In this document: positions 41,236 through 51,812 of the stretch, piece after piece
How the letters are laid out: each line of letters opens with the position of its first letter
How positions within the stretch are numbered: the stretch's first letter is position 1
Origin: Dehalococcoidia bacterium
GTDB taxonomy: Bacteria; Chloroflexota; Dehalococcoidia; DSTF01; JACRBR01
Direction: 5' to 3'
Length of the DNA: 64,000 nt
NCBI GenBank assembly: GCA_041494685.1
Contig: JBGQBE010000011.1
Span: 1 to 64,000 of the forward strand
Notes under the pieces: generated by a model
Database searches by the model: none
The model's input: the letters and a program-made list of their open reading frames with translations, nothing else
Told to the model about the DNA's origin: nothing
Made by a program: the position numbers and the translations under genes

Positions 41236-44200
41236 GTGAATGTGCTGAGCCGATACCGCCTGCTCCTCGCCGCAGCCCTCCTCGTGGCGCTCGCCGCCGC
41301 CGGCGCGCCGCCCTCCTTCGCGCCGCGCCCCGCCGCCGCCGCGGCAGGCTCCTGGAGCGGCACCTACTACAACAACAAGACGCTGACGCCGCCGGCCGTC
41401 CTCACGCGTAACGACGGCGCCAACGCGGTGCCGAGCACGAGCCCGGCGCTCGACTTCTTCTGGGACCTCTCGCCCGGGCCCGGCGTCAACCCGGACAACT
41501 TCAGCGTCAGCTGGACCCGCACCGACACCTACGCCGCCGGCACCTACCGCTTCACCGTCACCACGGACGACGGCATGCGCGTCTACGTCGACGGCGCGAA
41601 GATCCTCGACGCCTGGATCGACCAGCCGCCCACGACCTACTTCGTCGACGACGCCCTCGCCGCCGGATCGCACACGGTGACGGTGGAGTTCTACGACGCC
41701 GGCGGCGGCGCCACCGCGCAGGTGACGATCCAGGACGTCAACACGCTGCCGCCCGGCTGGAACGCGCAGTACTTCGCCAACCAGACGCTGTCCGGCGCGC
41801 CCGTCCTGGCCCGCAACGACGGTCAGACGATCAACTTCGACTGGGGCGCGGAATCGCCCACGCCCGCCGTGCCCGTCGACCACTTCAGCGCCCGCTGGAC
41901 GCGCGACCTCCCGTTCCTCGACGGCGTCTACCAGTTCTCCACCACCAGCGACGACGGCTCGCGCGTCTTCATCGACGGCCAGCTCGTGCTCAACGCCTGG
42001 GTCGACCAGAACGTGGTGACCACCACCGCCTTCAAGCAGATGTACGCCGGCACGCACACCGTCACCGTCGAGTTCTACGAGAACGCGGGTGGGGCGATGA
42101 TGGCGTTCGACTACGCCTACCGCCCCGACCTCGGCGGCTTCGTCACCGACGCCGTCGCCACCGGCCTGACGCTGCCCACCGTCTTCGCCATGGCGCCCGA
42201 CGGCCGCGTCTTCATCGGCGAGAAGAGCGGGCGCGTCCGCGTCCTGAAGAACGGCGCTTTGCTCGCGACGCCGTTCTACACCGTCGCGCCCGTCAACAAC
42301 TACCATGACCGCGGCCTGATCGGGCTCACGCTCGACCCGAACTTCGCCGTCAACGGCTACGTCTACCTCTCCTACACCTACGACAACGATCCCGCCAACG
42401 TCCCCGGCAACAAGACGGCGCAGGTGGTCCGCCTCACCGCCGCGGGCGATGTCGCCGACCCGGCGTCGAAGGTCGTGCTGCTCGGGAGCGTCACCGGCAG
42501 CGCGGCCACGCCGTCGTGCGAGCAGCTCGACCTGGCGGCCGACTGCATCCCGTCCGACTACGACAGCCACAGCATCGGCAACATCAAGTTCGGCCCCGAC
42601 GGCATGCTCTACGTCGCCACCGGCGACGGCGCCAGCTACGCCACGGTCGACAGCCGCGCCCTGCGCGCGCAGAGCGCCGACCGCCTCGCGGGCAAGATCC
42701 TGCGCGTCAACCCCGCCAGCGGCCAGGGCCTGCCGGACAACCCGTTCACCGTCTGCAACCCCGCCTGCAACCTGGCGGCGACGCGGTCCAAGGTGTGGGC
42801 CTACGGCGTGCGCAACGACTTCCGCTTCAACTTCCGCCCCGATAACGGCGCGATCATCAGCGGCGACGTCGGCTGGGACACGTGGGAGGAGCTGGACGCC
42901 CCCACCCGTGGCGCGAACCTCGGCTGGCCCTGCTACGAGGGCGCCAACCAGCAGCCCGGCTACGCCGCGTTCAGCCAGTGCCAGGCGCTGTACGCCGCCG
43001 GCGCCGCGACGCCACCGATCTACCAGTGGGACCACGCCGCCGGCACCGCCGCCGCGGTCGGCGGCGCGCTCACCGGCAACAACGGCTACAGCGGCGCCTA
43101 CCGGAACACGTACTTCTTCGCCGACTACGCGGTCGACATGCTCTACACCGCCAAGCTGGACTCGGGCAACCACATCGTGCCCGGCAGCGTCAGCGTCTTC
43201 ACCGGCGCGGCGGCCGGCCCGGTCGATATCGAGATCGGGCCGAACGACGGCGACGTCTACTACCTGGCGATCAACGCCGGCGAACTGCGGCACGTCCGCT
43301 ATGTGGGCGAGAACCGGCCGCCCGTCGCGGTCGCCGGCGCCGACAAGCTCGCGGGCCTGACGCCGCTCACCGTCAACTTCAACAGCACCGGCTCAAACGA
43401 TCCCGATCCCGGGCAGGCGATCACGTACGACTGGGACTTCGGCGACGGCAGCGCCCACTCCGCCGCGGCCAACCCGATGCACACCTACGCGGCCAACGGC
43501 ACCTACACCGTCAGGCTGTGGGTCACCGACAGCCTGTACCTGACCGCCAGCACCACGCTCAGCGTCCAGGCCGGCAACACGCCGCCCGCCGCCAACATTA
43601 CTTCGCCCGCTGACGGCGGCACGTTCGACATCGGCGACACCATCACGTTCAGCGGCAACGGCGCCGACCTGCAGGACGGCGCGCTGCCGCTCTCGAGCAT
43701 GGCGTGGAGCACCACGCTCGTCCACTGCAGCGACGTCACCTTCACGAGTTGCCACACCCACCCCGGCATCACCCTCTCCGGCGTCGCCGGCGGCTCGTTC
43801 ACCGCCGAGGATCACGGCGACTTCGTCTACTACGAGATCTTCCTCACCGTCGTCGACAAGGGCGGGCTCGTCACGACGAAGATGATCAAGCTCTACCCCA
43901 ACCGCGTCACGCTCGCCTTCAGCGCCAGCCGCGCCGGCGCCACGATCACCGTCGACGGCACGAGCGGCGTCGCGCCGTTCACGCGCAGCGTGCCGCGCAA
44001 GTCCACCCACATGCTCTACGTGCCGTCGCCGCAGACCCTCGCCGCCGGCGCCTCGTACTTCGGCGCGTGGTCCGACGCCGGCGCGCAGCAGCACGCGGTC
44101 ATCGCCGCCGCCGACGCCTCGTACACCGTGACGCTCGTCGATCCCACCCCTACGCCCACCAGCACGCCGACGGCGACGAGCACGCCGACGGTCACGCCCA

Positions 44201-44517
44201 CCTTCACCGCCGCCGCGACCGGCACGCCCACCCCGACACCGGCCGCCACCGACACGCCCACACCCGCCGGCACGCCCACGCCGACGCCCACGTTCACCGT
44301 TACGCCGACGGCCGTGCCGTTCACCTGCCTCGGCGACGTCAACGGCTCGGGCGGCGTCAACTCGCTCGACCTGATGCTGATCGCCCAGGCCTTCAACGCA
44401 CAGCCGGGCGGCCAGCGCTGGATCGCCGGGTACGACCTCAACGGCGACCAGCGCATCAACTCGGCCGACCTGCGCCTCACGGCCCTCCACTACGGCCCCT
44501 GCCCAGTAGTCCCCTGA
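41236..44517 (+). CDS. Secreted multidomain protein: two PA14 domains, PQQ-dependent sugar dehydrogenase-like propeller, PKD, Pro/Thr linker, dockerin-like
   Basis: Signal peptide; two DDGxRVxxDG motifs; FGPDGMLYVATGD; YGVRN; WDFGDG; TPT repeats; GDVNGSGGVNSLD and DLNGDQRINSAD. Confidence 0.85.
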   Translation: MNVLSRYRLLLAAALLVALAAAGAPPSFAPRPAAAAAGSWSGTYYNNKTLTPPAVLTRNDGANAVPSTSPALDFFWDLSPGPGVNPDNFSVSWTRTDTYAAGTYRFTVTTDDGMRVYVDGAKILDAWIDQPPTTYFVDDALAAGSHTVTVEFYDAGGGATAQVTIQDVNTLPPGWNAQYFANQTLSGAPVLARNDGQTINFDWGAESPTPAVPVDHFSARWTRDLPFLDGVYQFSTTSDDGSRVFIDGQLVLNAWVDQNVVTTTAFKQMYAGTHTVTVEFYENAGGAMMAFDYAYRPDLGGFVTDAVATGLTLPTVFAMAPDGRVFIGEKSGRVRVLKNGALLATPFYTVAPVNNYHDRGLIGLTLDPNFAVNGYVYLSYTYDNDPANVPGNKTAQVVRLTAAGDVADPASKVVLLGSVTGSAATPSCEQLDLAADCIPSDYDSHSIGNIKFGPDGMLYVATGDGASYATVDSRALRAQSADRLAGKILRVNPASGQGLPDNPFTVCNPACNLAATRSKVWAYGVRNDFRFNFRPDNGAIISGDVGWDTWEELDAPTRGANLGWPCYEGANQQPGYAAFSQCQALYAAGAATPPIYQWDHAAGTAAAVGGALTGNNGYSGAYRNTYFFADYAVDMLYTAKLDSGNHIVPGSVSVFTGAAAGPVDIEIGPNDGDVYYLAINAGELRHVRYVGENRPPVAVAGADKLAGLTPLTVNFNSTGSNDPDPGQAITYDWDFGDGSAHSAAANPMHTYAANGTYTVRLWVTDSLYLTASTTLSVQAGNTPPAANITSPADGGTFDIGDTITFSGNGADLQDGALPLSSMAWSTTLVHCSDVTFTSCHTHPGITLSGVAGGSFTAEDHGDFVYYEIFLTVVDKGGLVTTKMIKLYPNRVTLAFSASRAGATITVDGTSGVAPFTRSVPRKSTHMLYVPSPQTLAAGASYFGAWSDAGAQQHAVIAAADASYTVTLVDPTPTPTSTPTATSTPTVTPTFTAAATGTPTPTPAATDTPTPAGTPTPTPTFTVTPTAVPFTCLGDVNGSGGVNSLDLMLIAQAFNAQPGGQRWIAGYDLNGDQRINSADLRLTALHYGPCPVVP

Positions 44518-44593
44518 CGCTGCGAAAACCGCAGCTCCGCGCGGCCGCCGCGCCCTTCCCCCGCGGCGCTATCCTGTAGCGGGAGGTGCCGCT

Positions 44594-45001
44594 ATGGCTG
44601 ACGACCGCGACGACTTCGAGGGCATCGACATCAACGGCCCCTGGGGCGGTGTGCGCATCGGCTCCGGACGCTTGCGCCGCGAGTTCGGCGGCGATCCCGA
44701 ATACCGCCACATCCGCCGGCGCATCCGCCGCCGGCTCGAGTTCTACCGTCACGTCGCGACGTTCGTCGTGATCGTCGGCGGCCTCGCGCTGCTCGACTGG
44801 GCCACGGGCGGCGGCTGGTGGGTGCAGTGGGTCGCGGCGATCTGGGGCGCGCTGCTGGCGCTGCAGCTCCTCAACACCTTCATCGCCCCGTCGCTCTGGG
44901 GCCGCGACGTCGAGGAGCGCATGGTCCAGCGCGAGATGGAACGCCGCCGCGGCCGCACCACCGTCACGCCTCCCCCGCCGCCCGACGATCAGCGCGAGTA
45001 G
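44594..45001 (+). CDS. 2TM-domain protein
   Basis: FYRHVATFV...WWVQWVAAIWG...ERMVQREM; GGGAGG RBS. Confidence 0.75.
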   Translation: MADDRDDFEGIDINGPWGGVRIGSGRLRREFGGDPEYRHIRRRIRRRLEFYRHVATFVVIVGGLALLDWATGGGWWVQWVAAIWGALLALQLLNTFIAPSLWGRDVEERMVQREMERRRGRTTVTPPPPPDDQRE

Positions 45002-45135
45002 TACGGCTGGCTCCGCAGCCCTGGTTCGTGCCCGACCCGGACATGTTGTCTGCTGTGTGAGGCGCACCCTCAGCCGGAGCGCTTACCGCTCTCCGCCGCT
45101 TCCCGATCTGTTGTCTGTTGCTGCTGTCTGTTGTG

Positions 45136-46407
45136 TCAGCCCGCCTCGACGCGCACCGCCGACGCCGCGCGCCGCGCATCCCACGCTGGCGCGTCCGCCT
45201 GGCGGCGCCGCCGTTCCCACGCCAGCACCGCCACGCCCGCCGCCGCCATGTACAGCGCGAACGCGTCGACGTGGAGATGCTCGTTCGGATAGATCCCCAG
45301 CGCCAGCAGCGCCCAGCCGCCGAGCATGATGGCGAGCACGCGCGCCCGCCGCTCCGGCCGCGTTGCGCCCAGCACCGCCGCCGCGGCTGGCGCGACCAGC
45401 ACGGTGTCCTGCAGGTACAGGTGCGGGTCCACCAGCACGGTCGCCAGCGTCAGCAGCAGCCACTGCAGTGCGTACCGCTCCGACCGCGGCGCCGCGTCCC
45501 CGCGCGACGCGTACGCCACCGCCGCCAACGTCGCCGCCATCAGCGCTCCCACCACGGCGAGCGCCAGCGGGAACTCCGCCGGATCCCATTTCATCGCCAC
45601 GATGCCGCTCCAGTTGAACATGCCGCTCGTCGTGACGCCGCTGTCGCTCCAGCGCGTGCTATCCAGCAGGTACCCCGGATACGCCAGCGCCGCCGGCACG
45701 CCCGTCACCACTACCGAGACCGCCACGGCCGCCGCCGCCGCAGGCAGCAGCGTCGCGAAGACGCGCCACCGCCGCTTCCACGCGAGGTACAGCGCCACCG
45801 GCACCAGCAGCTCCGGCTTGATCAGGAGCGGCGCCAGCGCCAGCCCCGCCCGCGCGTCGCGCCCCGACCGCAACAGCAGATAGGCGCCCGCCCACGACGT
45901 CGCCAGCACCAGCGAGAACTGACCGAGCTGCAATCCGTAGCTCACCGGGTACAGCGTCACGAAGGCCAGCGTCAGCAGCGTCCGCTCGCGCCCCGCCAGT
46001 TGCGGAGCGATGCGCCACAGCAACCAGACGTCCGCCGCAAGCAGTCCCAGCCCCACCAGCGTCCACGCCTGGAACGCGCGCTCCATGCCGATCGCCGAGA
46101 GCGGCGCCATCGCCGCCGCGAAGAACGGCGGATTGAAGTACGCGAGCGTGCCTGTGCCGCCCACCGGGTGCCCTGCCAACCGCAGTTCCTCCGCCCCGAC
46201 CGCCGCCGTGTCGTACAACAGCCGCCCGCCGCCGTGCGCCACCATGTGCGCCGCCGTGTAGAGCGCCGGGAAGTCTTGATGGAACCACAGCAGCCGCTCG
46301 CTGCCGAAGAACGCGAAGCCCGTCGCGAGCCACTCGTAGCAGCCCGCCGCGACCAACGCCGCGCAGACCGCCGCCCGCCATCGCCGCGCCAACACCGTCC
46401 TCATCAC
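45136..46407 (-). CDS. GT87/DUF2029-like membrane glycosyltransferase
   Basis: DFPALY, YFNPPF, LGQFS, LLIKP, PHLYLQD; many TM segments. Confidence 0.8.
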   Translation of the reverse strand: MMRTVLARRWRAAVCAALVAAGCYEWLATGFAFFGSERLLWFHQDFPALYTAAHMVAHGGGRLLYDTAAVGAEELRLAGHPVGGTGTLAYFNPPFFAAAMAPLSAIGMERAFQAWTLVGLGLLAADVWLLWRIAPQLAGRERTLLTLAFVTLYPVSYGLQLGQFSLVLATSWAGAYLLLRSGRDARAGLALAPLLIKPELLVPVALYLAWKRRWRVFATLLPAAAAAVAVSVVVTGVPAALAYPGYLLDSTRWSDSGVTTSGMFNWSGIVAMKWDPAEFPLALAVVGALMAATLAAVAYASRGDAAPRSERYALQWLLLTLATVLVDPHLYLQDTVLVAPAAAAVLGATRPERRARVLAIMLGGWALLALGIYPNEHLHVDAFALYMAAAGVAVLAWERRRRQADAPAWDARRAASAVRVEAG

Positions 46408-46704
46408 GCGCGGATCGTAGGTCCACGCGGCCGTCCCCGCATGGTGCATTCGGACCACGTGCCGCGACGCACCGCGCTCCGTAGTGAGTCCGAAACGAGT
46501 CGGACCGCCGCGCAACCGTCACGCCGCCTCGCGCCGCCCGACGATCAGGGCCAGTAGGCGCCCCGCGCACGCTCGCCGCGTCAGTCGCGTGGCCGGACCG
46601 TCCCACGCGGCCGCTGCGTCTCTGCGTTCCGAAAAAGTGCTACCGGGTGATTACGCCAGTTGCCGCAGCGCAAACGATCCGCACGGCGCGATGCACCGGG
46701 CTCG

Positions 46705-47412
46705 TTACAGCAGGTCCTTCAGCGTGTGCAGCACGAAGTGCACGACGTTTCGCGTGTCGCCGAACAGGGTGGCGGTCTGGTACGTCAGCAGGAAGAACGC
46801 GGCGTAGAACGACCCCGGCTCCCGCTCCAGCCACAGCGTCGCCGGCCTGCTGACCAGGCTCCGCACGCGCTCGCGGGCGCCCAGCCAGCCCAGCCCTACG
46901 CCGATCGCCGCGCCCGCCAGGATGTCCGTCGGCCAGTGCTCGCCCAGGTACAGCCGCGGCAGGCAGATGCCGAACGTCGCGTAGAGGAACGCGACGGCGC
47001 CCAGCCGCCGGCTCGAGAACCACAGCCCCGTCGCCAGCGCGAAGAACAGCACCGCGTGGTCGCTCGGGAAGGCACTCCAGTCCTCCAGGTCGACCGTCCC
47101 CGACCCGTATGGCGGCACAAAGTGAAACCCGTCGGCGTACACCGGACGCTCCCGGAACGGCAACGAATGCGCCAGCAGCCGCGCCGCCAACACGGCGACC
47201 ACGCCCGTGACGAGCGCCGCGATCAGGTACGACCGCCGGTCCGCCGCGTCGCCCCGCTCCATCCGGAACCACGCCCACCACAGCAGCGCCATGAAGACGC
47301 CGCCCTTCAGCAGGTCGTGCCCCTCCAGGAACGCCACGCTCGTATCGAACACGTGCGACCGCTGCGAGAAGCGATTCAGGAAGTCGATGATGCCGCTGTC
47401 GAAGGCGTTCAT
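46705..47412 (-). CDS. PAP2-family phosphatase
   Basis: RERP, FPSDHA, PRLYLGEHWPTD. Confidence 0.9.
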   Translation of the reverse strand: MNAFDSGIIDFLNRFSQRSHVFDTSVAFLEGHDLLKGGVFMALLWWAWFRMERGDAADRRSYLIAALVTGVVAVLAARLLAHSLPFRERPVYADGFHFVPPYGSGTVDLEDWSAFPSDHAVLFFALATGLWFSSRRLGAVAFLYATFGICLPRLYLGEHWPTDILAGAAIGVGLGWLGARERVRSLVSRPATLWLEREPGSFYAAFFLLTYQTATLFGDTRNVVHFVLHTLKDLL

Positions 47413-47603
47413 GGGTCACCAGTGCCGGGCACGCCGCGCACGCGCCCGGCCTGCACCAACTCCAAACGCCCCGCCGCCGCTACCGTATCACGCCCGCCGC
47501 CGCTCATGCGAAGCGAGGGCCGTCCGGGGGCGGCCCGCCCCCGCATCCTGCGTCCGCGCCTCGTCACTTGCCCGCCCCGCCCCTACCCACATACACTCGC
47601 GGC

Positions 47604-48449
47604 GTGAGGAATACCGGCGCGCGGACGCAGGATGCGGGCCTCTGGCGTGACCTGGCGGCGCTCCGCCGCTACGCCTGGCTCCCCCTCGCCTCCCTCGCGC
47701 TCGCCGTCATCGCCGCCCTCGTCATCGGCGCCATGCGGTCCGGCTCCGGCGAAGCCCGCTTCCGCGAGAATGTCGTCGTCGACGCCCTGCCGCCGCTCTT
47801 CGGCCCGCCCGTCCTGCCCTCGCCGTTCGACTACGCCCGCCTTGCCACCAGCGACGGCGTCGTCGCCGCGGCCGCGCAGACCGCCGGCGTCGACCCCGCC
47901 GCCCTCAAGCCGCGACTCTCCGCGCAGGCCCGCTTCAACAGCACCGATATCTGGTTCGCCGTGACCGGCCCGAACGCTCTCGCCGCAGCCCGTGCCTGGC
48001 GCCAGGCTTTCGCCGACGCCGCGGCTGCGCAGACGCCCGTGATCGAGCGCCTGCTCGTCCAGTCCTACGCCCGCCAGCTCGACGAGGCGCAGGCCGTGCT
48101 CCAGGCCCGCGACGCCGCCGCCAAAGTTAGCCCCGACGACGCCGTCGCCGCGCAGCAGCTCAAGGCCGCGCAGGAGAACTACGAGACCGCATCCAAGCTC
48201 TCGCAGTCGTACGACGTCGTCTCGAAGACCATGAAGGCCGCCTCCTTCGCCGTCGAGACGCCGCACCTGCGCGGCGCGGGCGTCGGCTCCACCGCCGGCC
48301 GGCTCGGCGCGGCCGTCGCCATCGGCCTGCTCGCCGGCGTCGTCGGCGCCTTCGCGCTCGACTGGGCGTCCCGCCGCCGCCGCACGCCCGATCTCCCGGA
48401 GGGCGAAGAGGCACCCGCCGCCTTCCGCCGCAAGACCACCGCGCGATGA
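47604..48449 (+). CDS. Wzz-like two-TM protein with a coiled coil
   Basis: N-terminal LRRYAW plus TM, central coiled coil, Gly-rich C-terminal TM; upstream of GT4 and flippase genes. Confidence 0.6.
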   Translation: MRNTGARTQDAGLWRDLAALRRYAWLPLASLALAVIAALVIGAMRSGSGEARFRENVVVDALPPLFGPPVLPSPFDYARLATSDGVVAAAAQTAGVDPAALKPRLSAQARFNSTDIWFAVTGPNALAAARAWRQAFADAAAAQTPVIERLLVQSYARQLDEAQAVLQARDAAAKVSPDDAVAAQQLKAAQENYETASKLSQSYDVVSKTMKAASFAVETPHLRGAGVGSTAGRLGAAVAIGLLAGVVGAFALDWASRRRRTPDLPEGEEAPAAFRRKTTAR

Positions 48450-48558
48450 GCGGTTGGCTGTCAGCAGAGCGTTGAAATCGGCTGGCCCGGAGCGCCGGCG
48501 CAGACTGGACGTGGCGGGTGAGGACAGTAGGGCGCTCCCGAGGAGCGGACCAGTGACA

Positions 48559-48939
48559 ATGTCGAAGTTGATCTTTGTTGCGCTGAACGTCTCTGATCTC
48601 GAACGGGCGGTGACGTTCTATCGTGAAGGGTTTGGCCTCGATGTACACAGAGATCGCAACGAGCCTGAGACGGATGTCTGGATCGGCGGAGACCATGCGG
48701 CGTTCTCGTGGACGGAAGGAGCGTTTCTTCACTTCGCGCTCTTCCCGGCATCTCCCCCTGACAGGCCTGTCTCGCGTGACGCTCAACTAGGATTCAGCGT
48801 CGCTGACATCGAAGTCGCCCACGCCAAAGCCGTCGCTTCCGGTGCGCTGGTAGTCCACGGACCACGGGCGGAGCCGTGGGGCCGCACGGCCCGATATCGA
48901 GACCCCGATGGGAATCTCATCAGCATCACCCAGCGTTAG
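48559..48939 (+). CDS. VOC/glyoxalase-family protein
   Basis: VSDLERAVTFY, EPWGRTARYRDPDGN; lower GC. Confidence 0.85.
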   Translation: MSKLIFVALNVSDLERAVTFYREGFGLDVHRDRNEPETDVWIGGDHAAFSWTEGAFLHFALFPASPPDRPVSRDAQLGFSVADIEVAHAKAVASGALVVHGPRAEPWGRTARYRDPDGNLISITQR

Positions 48940-49055
48940 CGCGATGGTCGAGCGGATGGGACGTGGCCGTTCGTCGTTAGGAGCCGTTAAGCTGCTAGCA
49001 TCTGGCACGAAGCGCTGACCGCTACCAACTACCAACGACGGGCTACCAACTCCAC

Positions 49056-50369
49056 ATGCGAATCCTCCTCATCTGCGCGCTCGACGTCTGGTCGCTCGAC
49101 CAGGGCCGCGGAGCGCCCACGCTCGAACGCACCCTGCGCGCCTGGGGCGACGCCGGACACACCATCGACGCCGTCCTGCCGGACATCGGCGCCAACCACT
49201 TCTATCGCGGCGGCAGCCAGCGCTCCGAAGCGCCCGAGACGCGCCCCGAGATCCCCGGCGTGCGCTTCCACACCTTCCACATGCCCGGCCTGCGCGACCT
49301 GCCGCTGCCGTCGTTCCCCGCCGCGCTCGAGAAGATCGACCAGAAGCTCCGCTTCGCCGCCGTCTTCCCGTGGCTCGCCGCCCGCCGCGCCGAGGACCTG
49401 CTCCGCAACGCCGGCGCACCCTACGACGCCGTCTACGCGTACGAGGCGCACGCCGTGCTCGCGGCGCGGCTGCTCCGCCGCCGCGGCTTCCGCCTGCCGC
49501 TCGTCGCGCGCTACCAGGGCACCGTCATGTACCCCGCGCTCAAGGACACGCTGCTCTACTACCGCCGCTACGAGGAGGCGCTCGCGCTGAAGACGCCCGC
49601 CGACCTGATCATCATGACCGACGACGGCACGCAAGGTGACGAGGTCCTCGCGCGCCTCAACCCGCGGTCGAAGGGCCGCGTGAAGTTCTGGCGCAACGGC
49701 CTCGACCTCGACCGCCTGCGCCCCGCGTCGCCGGCGCAGCGCGCCGAAGCGCGCGCCGCCCTCGGCGTGCCCGACGGCGCCTTCACCATGCTCACCGCGT
49801 CGCGCCTGGCGTCGTGGAAGCGCGTCGACCGCGCCATCCGCGCCATGCCCCGCGTCCGCTCCTGGGTGCCGGGCGCGCTCCTGCTCGTCGCCGGCGACGG
49901 CGAAGATCGCGCGCGGCTCGAGTCGCTGGCGCGCGAGCTGGGCGTGCAGGACGCCGTCCGCTTCGCCGGCGCGGTGCCGCAGCCCGACGTGCTGCGCTAC
50001 ATGCACGCCGCCGACGTCTTCCTCGCCGTCGCCGACCTCAGCAACGTCGGCAACCCCCTGCTCGAAGCGATGGCCGCCGGCGTGTGCGTCGTCGCGGTGG
50101 ACGCCGGCGACACGCGCGACCTCGTCGCCGACGGCCGCACCGGCCGCCTGGTCGATAACTCCCAGCGCTCCGGCTTCGTCAAGCCGCTCGGCGAGCGCCT
50201 CGCCGACCTGCTCGTCACGCTCGCCGGCGACGCCCCGCAGCGCGAACGCCTCGCCGCCGGCGCCGCCGCCTACGCGAGCGAGCACTTCTGGACCTGGGAC
50301 CAGCGCATGGCCGCCGAGATCGAAGCCGTCACCGCCCTCGCCCGCCCTCGCCCCGCCTCAGCCCCGTAG
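49056..50369 (+). CDS. GT4 glycosyltransferase
   Basis: SRLASWKRVD, AGDGE, GNPLLEAMAAG. Confidence 0.88.
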   Translation: MRILLICALDVWSLDQGRGAPTLERTLRAWGDAGHTIDAVLPDIGANHFYRGGSQRSEAPETRPEIPGVRFHTFHMPGLRDLPLPSFPAALEKIDQKLRFAAVFPWLAARRAEDLLRNAGAPYDAVYAYEAHAVLAARLLRRRGFRLPLVARYQGTVMYPALKDTLLYYRRYEEALALKTPADLIIMTDDGTQGDEVLARLNPRSKGRVKFWRNGLDLDRLRPASPAQRAEARAALGVPDGAFTMLTASRLASWKRVDRAIRAMPRVRSWVPGALLLVAGDGEDRARLESLARELGVQDAVRFAGAVPQPDVLRYMHAADVFLAVADLSNVGNPLLEAMAAGVCVVAVDAGDTRDLVADGRTGRLVDNSQRSGFVKPLGERLADLLVTLAGDAPQRERLAAGAAAYASEHFWTWDQRMAAEIEAVTALARPRPASAP

Positions 50370-50429
50370 GGGCGCCGCCTCCCGCGCCCACTCCATCCGC
50401 CCGTCCCCGCGCCCGATACAATCTCTCCG

Positions 50430-51812
50430 ATGCAAGACCTGGGCCCGCCCGCCGACCAGCCCCAGGGCTCCTTCGTCGGCCACGTCAACGTGGTCATGCT
50501 CACTTACGCCGCCGACGGCCTCCTCGCCTTCGCCTCCGGCGTCCTCGTCGCCCGCGCCCTCGGCCCTGGCGGCCGCGGCGCGTTCGGACTCTTCGTCATC
50601 TCCACCGCCATCGGCCAGATGCTGCTCGGCCTCGGCTTCGGCAACGCCGCCATCTACTACATCAACAAGCGCCTGCTCCCCGCCCGCGACGTCGTCAGCG
50701 CCGCCCACGTCGTCGCCGTCATCTCCGTCGCCGTCGCCGCCGCCTGCGTCGCCGTCATCGTCCCCTTTGCCGGCGACGAGGTCGCCGGCGCCCACGTGCC
50801 GGCCTGGCTGCTGATCGCCGCCGTGCCGGCGCTCGTCTACGCCGCCGCGCTGCGCACCGTCCTCCAGGCTATGAGCCGCTTCGTCGAGATGGGCATCGCC
50901 ACCGTCGTGCAGCCGCTCGTCATGCTCGCGCTGGTCGTCGCCGCCGACGCCACCGGCCACCCGACGCCCGCGCGCGTCGTCGGCTTCTGGGTGATCTCGA
51001 ACGCCGCCGCCGCGGCGTTCGCCGCCGCCCGCCTCGGCCCGCACATGATCGACGTCGCGCAGATCGTACGCCCGCGCTGGCGCGCCATCCGCTCGCTGCT
51101 CGGCTTCGGTGTGCAGGGCGAAGCGGGGAACCTGCTGCAACTCCTCAACTACCGCCTCGACCAGTACATCCTGCGCGCCTTCGTCGGCCTCGCCGGCGTC
51201 GGCATCTACGCCGTCGGCGTCTCCATGACCGAGGCCGTCTGGCTGATCGCCAACGCCGTCGCCATCGTGCTGCTGCCGCGCCTCACCGCCGCCGGCGACG
51301 AGGACGTGCGCTGGATGACGCCCGTCGCGGCGCGCAACACCATCCTCGTCGCCGCGCTCGGGTCCGCCGCGCTCGCGGTCGCCGCGCCGCTGCTCCTGCC
51401 CGCCTTCTTCGGCCACGCCTACGACGACTCCGTGCAGGCGCTCTGGTGGCTGCTCCCCGGCACGGTCGCGCTCACCGGCTCGAAGGTGCTGACGAGCTAC
51501 ATCTTCAGCCAGGGCCGACCGCTCGTGAACACCGGCATCACCATCGTCTCGCTCGTCGTGACGGTGATCGCGCTGCTCTCGCTCGTGCCGCCGTTCGGCG
51601 TGAACGGCGCGGCCGCCGCGTCGTCGCTCGCCTACACCGCGCACTTCTGCGCCGCGCTCTTCGCCTACTGGCGCATCTCCGGCGACACGCCGCTCGAGGC
51701 GATCATCCCGCGCCCCTCCGATGCGCGCCTCTGGATCGACGGCGCGCGCGGCGTGCTGGCGAAGCTCGGCCGCCGCCCGCTCGAAGCCGGCGCGCCGCGG
51801 GCGGGCGGATGA
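50430..51812 (+). CDS. Wzx-type oligosaccharide flippase
   Basis: ARALGPGGRG, NYRLDQ, VGIYAVG; many TM segments. Confidence 0.85.
   Translation: MQDLGPPADQPQGSFVGHVNVVMLTYAADGLLAFASGVLVARALGPGGRGAFGLFVISTAIGQMLLGLGFGNAAIYYINKRLLPARDVVSAAHVVAVISVAVAAACVAVIVPFAGDEVAGAHVPAWLLIAAVPALVYAAALRTVLQAMSRFVEMGIATVVQPLVMLALVVAADATGHPTPARVVGFWVISNAAAAAFAAARLGPHMIDVAQIVRPRWRAIRSLLGFGVQGEAGNLLQLLNYRLDQYILRAFVGLAGVGIYAVGVSMTEAVWLIANAVAIVLLPRLTAAGDEDVRWMTPVAARNTILVAALGSAALAVAAPLLLPAFFGHAYDDSVQALWWLLPGTVALTGSKVLTSYIFSQGRPLVNTGITIVSLVVTVIALLSLVPPFGVNGAAAASSLAYTAHFCAALFAYWRISGDTPLEAIIPRPSDARLWIDGARGVLAKLGRRPLEAGAPRAGG

Noticed and set aside
48507..48967. GGACGTGGC direct repeat or integron cassette around the VOC gene
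   Set aside because: A 9-bp GC-rich match can arise by chance; no convincing attC structure or integrase
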